Shown here: piece after piece, positions 58,397 through 64,000 of the stretch
Layout of the letters: each line of letters begins with the position of its first letter
Position numbering within the stretch: the first letter of the stretch is position 1
Assembly (NCBI GenBank): GCA_963662435.1
Contig: OY759598.1
Span: 2,760,507 to 2,824,506, forward strand
Direction of reading: 5' to 3'
Length of the DNA stretch: 64,000 bases
From: Dehalococcoidia bacterium
Lineage (GTDB): Bacteria > Chloroflexota > Dehalococcoidia > Lucifugimonadales > VXLM01
Program-made: the position numbers and the translations under genes
The notes under the pieces: generated by a model
Database searches by the model: none
The model's input: the letters and a program-made list of their open reading frames with translations, nothing else
What the model was told of the DNA's origin: nothing

Positions 58397-60937
58397 CTAC
58401 GGTACGAGCACCGTGGCCGAACTGAGGTAGACCCAGTAGCCGCTACCGACCTGCAGCATACCGGTGTGCTGGTCGAACTTGTCGCTCGAAGAGTCGTACG
58501 AGTAGGCCCGCACCACACCGGATACGTAGCTGCCTAGGCTCGTTGCGTCGTCACCGAAGGACAAGCCACCGCTCACATCCAGTACCGGCAGCAGGTTCCA
58601 TCCAGCCACCAGGTTGACGGTCGGCAGGTTCACCGGCGCTCCACCGCGCTGCTGCATGACAGGAACGCTGAGGGAGTCGAAGGCATCGGTGAAGATCCAG
58701 TAGGCCGTCCTGGCGCTGATGGTCTCCAGTGAGCCTGCGAACGATCCATCGCTACCACGCGAGGCGGAGAGCCAAGCGCCAGCCTGGGTCGGATCGTAGG
58801 TCAGCACGATGCTAGCTGCATGGTCAGCCGGGATCACATCGTTGATTGCGGGTGCCTGAGGCTCAGCAGGCAAGGACACGAGGTTCCAACCAGGCGAGAG
58901 CGTGATCGAGAACGGATCGGGTTCCTTGACCTCGAACTTGAGGCTCACGTCGTCGTCTAGCGAGTTGCCGAGGTCGTCGGCACCGTTGAAGCTCATGGTG
59001 TACCCACCGAGATCAAGGCCACGGGCCGAGATGAGCAGGCGGTTGCTGGACGGGTTCGTAACTGTGAGCTCGACAGCCTCGCCGCTCTCATCATTAGTAA
59101 TCGTCAGGTCCGTCACTTCGACCGCGTCGTGGGAGTCGCCCTCGTACTCGGAAGCTTCGCTCTCCCACTCGATCGTAATGAACGGGTTCATCGTCGTTAT
59201 GTTGTGTGTGGCATCAGCACCCAAATCCGTCACTGGGGCGAGGCCCGGGAAGGTGACGCTGGTCGGGGATGGCAACTGAGCGTCAACTTCGAACTCTATG
59301 CCACTAACGCTGGCCGTGTTGGCTGAAGTGTCAGTTCCATCTACATCGATGCTGTACTTCATCGCGGCGGCAGGAGCCGTGAAGGTGGCGCGGAAGTGGT
59401 TGTTTGCCACGCGCCGCAGTCCAGACAGCCCAGCGTCGCCACCACTCACGGTCAGGCCAGGAACGGTAAGCAGAGCTTCGTCCGTTACAATGTCGATCGT
59501 GACCTCTCCCGTGGAGTAGGTCGGGTCGACTGTGACATCAAGGGTTGGCGCGATGCCGTCGGAAGCGTTGACCTGACCGCTGCCGGCACGGATGTTTCCT
59601 GCCACATCGGAGATGTCACCAACCAGCTCCACGCTTGGCTTCGCATCGGCAGCAAGAGTAGCCACCGTCAGGTAGACGTCCGCGCCCGAGGAAGAAACGT
59701 CGGCGGGAGTCACACCATTCACACGGAAGTCTGAAGCTTGGACGGATTCGCCGTCCAGGTCCTCGTTGAAGACCACCTGAACCGATGTCGGGTCAGCCAT
59801 CGCGGGATCCGCTACAGCATTGCCGTCTGCGTCGAGATGGTTTCCGGTGGTGGCGCTCTCCACACTGGGCGGACTCGTATCGATGCGAATCGAACTCGAA
59901 TCGCTCGTGTTGGAGTTGCCTGCCACGTCGGAGACAGTCACGGACCACTCGATCGTGGTCTCGCCCTGCGAAACACCACCCAGCTGGACCTCAGCCCTAA
60001 GGCCTCCGGCGATCGGAACCGTCGTCACCGTCGAGGTCGTCGCGCCTTCGCCGACATCGAACACGATTGAATCCGCGTTGATACCGGAGTCGGCGTCGGT
60101 CACCTCGGCGATTAGCCGAGGGGTGAGAACTTGCGTTGCCGTGCCATCCGCCGGAGCAACCAGTTGAATCGACGGAGCAGTCGTCTCAACTGTAGCAGTG
60201 TCGATGCGACTCGTGCCGTCATCATCGTAGGTGACCGTGATGAGGGACCCGTCTATCGCCGCGATGCTGTTCGTAGCTGCGTCCGACGATGCGGCGGCCA
60301 AAACATTGATTGACCCCGCGAACACACCCGTGGACAAGCCAGTCTCCGTCAATTCGACGGATATCCCGGTCGGGTCCTGCGTGCTCCTGACATTGACCGA
60401 GTGCGTCTGCACGTCGTGGGCGGTGTAGGTTACGGTGAAGCTGATACCGCCTTCGGGCACCGTTACGTCCGCGCTAGAGCGCAGGATGAACGCGCCACCT
60501 TGCGGGTTCTCAAGCGTGAATGGATGGCGGTCGCCATCCGCGCCTTCCGACGTGAGTGCGGCCCACGCGGCCATGATGGCGTTAGTCGTGGTCTCATTGG
60601 GGCTGCCCGACGTATCGACATTCAGGACCACGTCCAGGTAGTCGACGCCAAGCTTATCGTCGGCGTTGAGGATCTGGCCCTTGCCGGTCCTGAATCGAAC
60701 GGGGTCGTTCGCCGCAATATCACCGGCGGGAATCGTGTAGCCTGCCTCATCGACTTGCGACACACCTGCGTCGAGATCCGGGTCGCTGACGGTAATATCC
60801 AACGATCCGCCAAGGGTAGTATAGCTCTCGCTCAGAGACACACTACCGGTTGCCGCCGAAGCCGGCGACAACACGAACACTGACGTCAGCAGCGCCAACG
60901 CCAGTACGAATGGGAGAAACCTTACCTTGCTATTCAC
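58397..60937 (-). CDS. Large secreted Ig-like multidomain surface (S-layer-like) protein
   Basis: Signal peptide ASA|A, ETGLSTGVF, repeated D.AGN Ig-like ends, C-terminal L.PGWNLVSLP...GYWVY domain; acidic composition. Confidence 0.7.
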   Translation of the reverse strand: MNSKVRFLPFVLALALLTSVFVLSPASAATGSVSLSESYTTLGGSLDITVSDPDLDAGVSQVDEAGYTIPAGDIAANDPVRFRTGKGQILNADDKLGVDYLDVVLNVDTSGSPNETTTNAIMAAWAALTSEGADGDRHPFTLENPQGGAFILRSSADVTVPEGGISFTVTYTAHDVQTHSVNVRSTQDPTGISVELTETGLSTGVFAGSINVLAAASSDAATNSIAAIDGSLITVTYDDDGTSRIDTATVETTAPSIQLVAPADGTATQVLTPRLIAEVTDADSGINADSIVFDVGEGATTSTVTTVPIAGGLRAEVQLGGVSQGETTIEWSVTVSDVAGNSNTSDSSSIRIDTSPPSVESATTGNHLDADGNAVADPAMADPTSVQVVFNEDLDGESVQASDFRVNGVTPADVSSSGADVYLTVATLAADAKPSVELVGDISDVAGNIRAGSGQVNASDGIAPTLDVTVDPTYSTGEVTIDIVTDEALLTVPGLTVSGGDAGLSGLRRVANNHFRATFTAPAAAMKYSIDVDGTDTSANTASVSGIEFEVDAQLPSPTSVTFPGLAPVTDLGADATHNITTMNPFITIEWESEASEYEGDSHDAVEVTDLTITNDESGEAVELTVTNPSSNRLLISARGLDLGGYTMSFNGADDLGNSLDDDVSLKFEVKEPDPFSITLSPGWNLVSLPAEPQAPAINDVIPADHAASIVLTYDPTQAGAWLSASRGSDGSFAGSLETISARTAYWIFTDAFDSLSVPVMQQRGGAPVNLPTVNLVAGWNLLPVLDVSGGLSFGDDATSLGSYVSGVVRAYSYDSSSDKFDQHTGMLQVGSGYWVYLSSATVLVP

Positions 60938-61109
60938 TATCTACCCCCTTTTAGTTCGGCTAGTGTCGTGGTTGTCGGACACATATGGTTTTGTTGACAA
61001 ACGAATGAGGGGGAGCACGCCGCTCCCCGCTGGCATTGGACCCGCTCTAGGAGCGGACGGTGGTGATGCCATGCGAACCTCTCTTTACCGTCTCTTCAAG
61101 GCTTATGCA

Positions 61110-61282
61110 GTTGTACACCATGCGTTCTCTTATGTCAAGGCATATTTCGCACGTGCTACCTCGGTTCGCCGGTCAGGGAATTCCACCCCTCGCGACGCTT
61201 CGGCTTCGTGCTACAAGGTCAGCCTTGACCGTACGTTGCGAAAGCTAGGGGAACTATATAGTACCTTTGTCAGGCTTGTCAA
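61110..61282 (-). promoter_or_regulatory. Two tandem sigma70-type promoters upstream of the S-layer-like gene
   Basis: TTGACA-N17-TACAAC (61138-61110) and TTGACA-N18-TATAGT (61282-61253). Confidence 0.55.
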
Positions 61283-61414
61283 TATGAAAGTTGCGTAGGA
61301 TTGGTGGGGATTTTCTAGGGGCTGCCGGCTGGCTTTGGGGGCACTAGAATTGGGACGGGGCTTGGTGGCTTCCGTTTAAGTCACTATCCCATCGCGGCGG
61401 TCCACCTACTGGAG

Positions 61415-62686
61415 CTAGGCGTCAGAAGTTCCCAGGTTCATGAGGAACTCCTTATTGTCGCGTGAGCGGGCGAGCCGCTCCCGGACTTTCTCTGTGGCCT
61501 CAGAGGAGAGCTTGGCGTCAGTCGTATACATGCTGACCATACGCCGGAGGAGCCAGACCTGCCGCAGGGTTACATCGTCGAGGAGGAGTTCCTCGCGCCT
61601 GGTGCCGCTGCGAGGTATGTCGATCGCGGGGAAGATGCGGCGTTCGGCGAGCCTGCGGTCGAGGTGGACCTCCATGTTGCCGGTTCCCTTGAACTCTTCA
61701 TAGACAACGTCATCCAGACGGCTGCCGGTATCGACGAGGCAGGCGGCCAGGATGGTGAGGCTGCCGCCGTTCTCCACCTTGCGCGCGGCGCCGAAGAACT
61801 TGCGTGGAGGATAGAGCGCCACCGGGTCCATGCCGCCGGAGAGTGTCCGACCACTGGAGGGAACGGCGAGGTTGTAAGCCCTGGCGAGGCGAGTGAGACT
61901 GTCAAGGAGGATGCAAACATCCTGGCCTGCCTCGACTAGTCGCTTTGCGCGTTCGAGGACGAGCTCGGCAACTTGGCAGTGGGTCTCGACCGGTTCGTCA
62001 AAGGTGGAGCTATACACCTCTCCTTTAACGGATCTCATCATGTCGGTGACCTCTTCGGGACGTTCGCCAATGAGAGCTACCATGAGGTGAATATCGGGGG
62101 CGTTGGCGGTCATGCCGTTTGCGATCTGTTTAAGGATGGTGGTCTTGCCGGCCTTGGGTGGGGAAACGATCAGTCCACGCTGTCCGCGGCCAACGGGGGC
62201 AACGAGGTCGATAAATCGGGTGGCAAGTTCGGTGCGCTTACTCTCGAGCTTGACTTGCTCTAAAGGGGAGACGGGGGTGAGGTTCTCAAAGTGAGGTCGT
62301 CCTCGTGCGGTGTCGGGGTCCATGCCGTTAACGTCGTCGACACGAATGAGGCCGAAATAGCGCTCGCTGTCCTTGGGGGGCCTGACCTGGCCTGTTACTT
62401 CGTCGCCGGTGCGTAGGCCGAATCGGCGGATCTGGGACTGCGAGACGTAGACGTCATTGACGCCGGGGGCTCGCCCCTTGGGCTTGAGAAAGCCGTAGCC
62501 GTCGTTGGTGACGGAGAGGATTCCGCTGGCCAGAAGGTTGCTGCCGTTACTCTCGGCTACGTTCTGAAGGAGTCTATTGAGCAGGGTCTGGCGCCTGGGA
62601 CGCGAGCCGTTCTCGAACAGGCCGAGCTCGCGGGCCATTTCGAGGAGCTCCTGATCGGTCTTTTCTTGGAACTTGGTGATGTCCAT
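61415..62686 (-). CDS. rho: Transcription termination factor Rho
   Basis: [65 protein letters not shown]. Confidence 0.97.
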   Translation of the reverse strand: MDITKFQEKTDQELLEMARELGLFENGSRPRRQTLLNRLLQNVAESNGSNLLASGILSVTNDGYGFLKPKGRAPGVNDVYVSQSQIRRFGLRTGDEVTGQVRPPKDSERYFGLIRVDDVNGMDPDTARGRPHFENLTPVSPLEQVKLESKRTELATRFIDLVAPVGRGQRGLIVSPPKAGKTTILKQIANGMTANAPDIHLMVALIGERPEEVTDMMRSVKGEVYSSTFDEPVETHCQVAELVLERAKRLVEAGQDVCILLDSLTRLARAYNLAVPSSGRTLSGGMDPVALYPPRKFFGAARKVENGGSLTILAACLVDTGSRLDDVVYEEFKGTGNMEVHLDRRLAERRIFPAIDIPRSGTRREELLLDDVTLRQVWLLRRMVSMYTTDAKLSSEATEKVRERLARSRDNKEFLMNLGTSDA

Positions 62687-63066
62687 CGTGTACTCCGAGG
62701 GGATTTGCGTGTGGTCTTCGGGAAATCCGAGGAAGAGCGGTCGCGGAAATATGATCGCGGGACGGCTCAAGACTCCTTAGTGGTTAGGAAAGAGGGGAAT
62801 GGTTATCGTAAGAGCATACTCTTTGCGTCTCCCAGTGTTGGGGGAGACCGTAGAGTTTTGTGGCTATGTGCGTTGTCTCACACTTGAAGAAACGTCTCGC
62901 GCCAAAAGAATCGGGCTTAAGTCTGAACTTGGGCCGCTTCCAGCGCGATACCTGCAGGAGAAACCTTCTCTGCGACAAAGAAGGACGGTGAAGCCCTTGA
63001 GGGTGCGAGAGAGGATTAGAACATTAAAGAGGCAATTTTTAGAATATCACGTCCGTATGCGGTTGT

Positions 63067-64000
63067 CTATAGGGCTGGGGGTGAGGATGCAGGATCCGCG
63101 CGCTCGATGGGCAGTATGTGCTGGCCGCCTTCACGGAGGGTTGTTCGGGCTATGTTGACAAATTCCCTGAAGAGCGGGTGCGGACGATTAGGACGGGAGA
63201 GAAACTCCGGATGGAACTGGACGCCGAGCATGAAGGGGTGGTCTTCGATTTCCATAATCTCGACGAGGCGGTTGTCGGGAGATAGGCCTGTGGGCCAGAA
63301 TCCGACCTCCTCGAATGCCTCGCGGTAGGCGTTGTTGACTTCGAAACGGTGGCGGTGTCGCTCATCGACGACGGAGACCCCGTATGCCCGCCGCGCGATC
63401 GAGTCGGGTACGAGGCTGCATGGATAGACGCCCAGCCGCATGGTTCCACCCTTGTCTGTGACGGAACGCTGGTCGGGCATGAGGTCGATAACGGGATGTG
63501 GGGTTTCGCCATCGAACTCGGTGGAGTTGGCGTCCGGTTTTCCAAGAAGGCTGCGGGCGGCCTCGATGACCATCACCTGCATCCCCAGGCAGAGGCCGAA
63601 ATAGGGGACCCTGTTCTCCCTGGCGTAGCGGACGGTCTGAATCATGCCCTCTACGCCACGCGAACCGAATCCTCCCGGCACGACAATTCCAGAGACGGAG
63701 TGAAGGAGACGTTCAGGGCCAACTCGCTCAACCTCCTCGGAGGCGACCCAATCGATCTCAATGTTGCTGCCGTGGGCCAATGCGGCGTGGAATAGGGCCT
63801 CCTTAACTGAGAGGTACGAGTCCTGGAGATCGACGTATTTGCCGACGAGGGCTACGCTGATCTTGTGCTTCGGTTCGAGTATGGAGTCTACGAGGGCCCG
63901 CCAGTCCGTCATGTCAGGTTCGGTACCTGAAAGATTCAGGGTGTCAATTATGGTATCGCCGAGTCCCTCGTCCTCAAACAGCATAGGAACCTGATAGACG
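63067..64000 (-). CDS. pyrG: CTP synthase, C-terminal glutaminase part (gene continues beyond the window)
   Basis: LVGKYVDLQDSYLSV, VPGGFGSRG, GLCLGMQ, GGTMRLG, ERHRHRFE, VQFHPEF. Confidence 0.95.
   Translation of the reverse strand, partial: VYQVPMLFEDEGLGDTIIDTLNLSGTEPDMTDWRALVDSILEPKHKISVALVGKYVDLQDSYLSVKEALFHAALAHGSNIEIDWVASEEVERVGPERLLHSVSGIVVPGGFGSRGVEGMIQTVRYARENRVPYFGLCLGMQVMVIEAARSLLGKPDANSTEFDGETPHPVIDLMPDQRSVTDKGGTMRLGVYPCSLVPDSIARRAYGVSVVDERHRHRFEVNNAYREAFEEVGFWPTGLSPDNRLVEIMEIEDHPFMLGVQFHPEFLSRPNRPHPLFREFVNIARTTLREGGQHILPIERADPASSPPAL

Overview
A GC-rich bacterial chromosome segment, most consistent with Chloroflexota (Dehalococcoidia/SAR202-like). A 1402-aa secreted plant-type LRR protein, two toxin-antitoxin pairs and dense REP/MITE-like repeats suggest a sponge-associated symbiont (inference, not verified). 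Housekeeping genes: thyX, korAB-type 2-oxoacid:ferredoxin oxidoreductase, ilvE, ccmCDE, selB, hemW, ychF, holA, hrcA, rho, the 3' part of pyrG, tRNA-Gly(CCC), tRNA-Arg(CCG) and tRNA-Arg(CCT). It also holds two ECF sigma/anti-sigma pairs, several surface proteins and metabolic enzymes. Highlights the ORF track misses: (1) a DUF3179 selenoprotein split by an in-frame UGA (W-U-P-L-C) with a SECIS-like hairpin, while selB and a Cys-containing paralog lie in the same window; (2) an 822-bp integrase-free hicAB islet bounded by a 19-bp duplication of the tRNA-Gly 3' end; (3) a 50-aa zinc-finger gene heading an LprG/P55(Rv1410c)-like lipoprotein-MFS operon; (4) candidate ncRNAs: a CCUCC-rich sRNA, a ~200-nt 6S-like RNA and an attenuator-like korAB leader; (5) a MITE family with covarying terminal inverted repeats, plus a small hairpin module nested in several REP families; (6) an 18-bp x8 tandem array. 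No CRISPR array, rRNA, transposase or integrase was seen.
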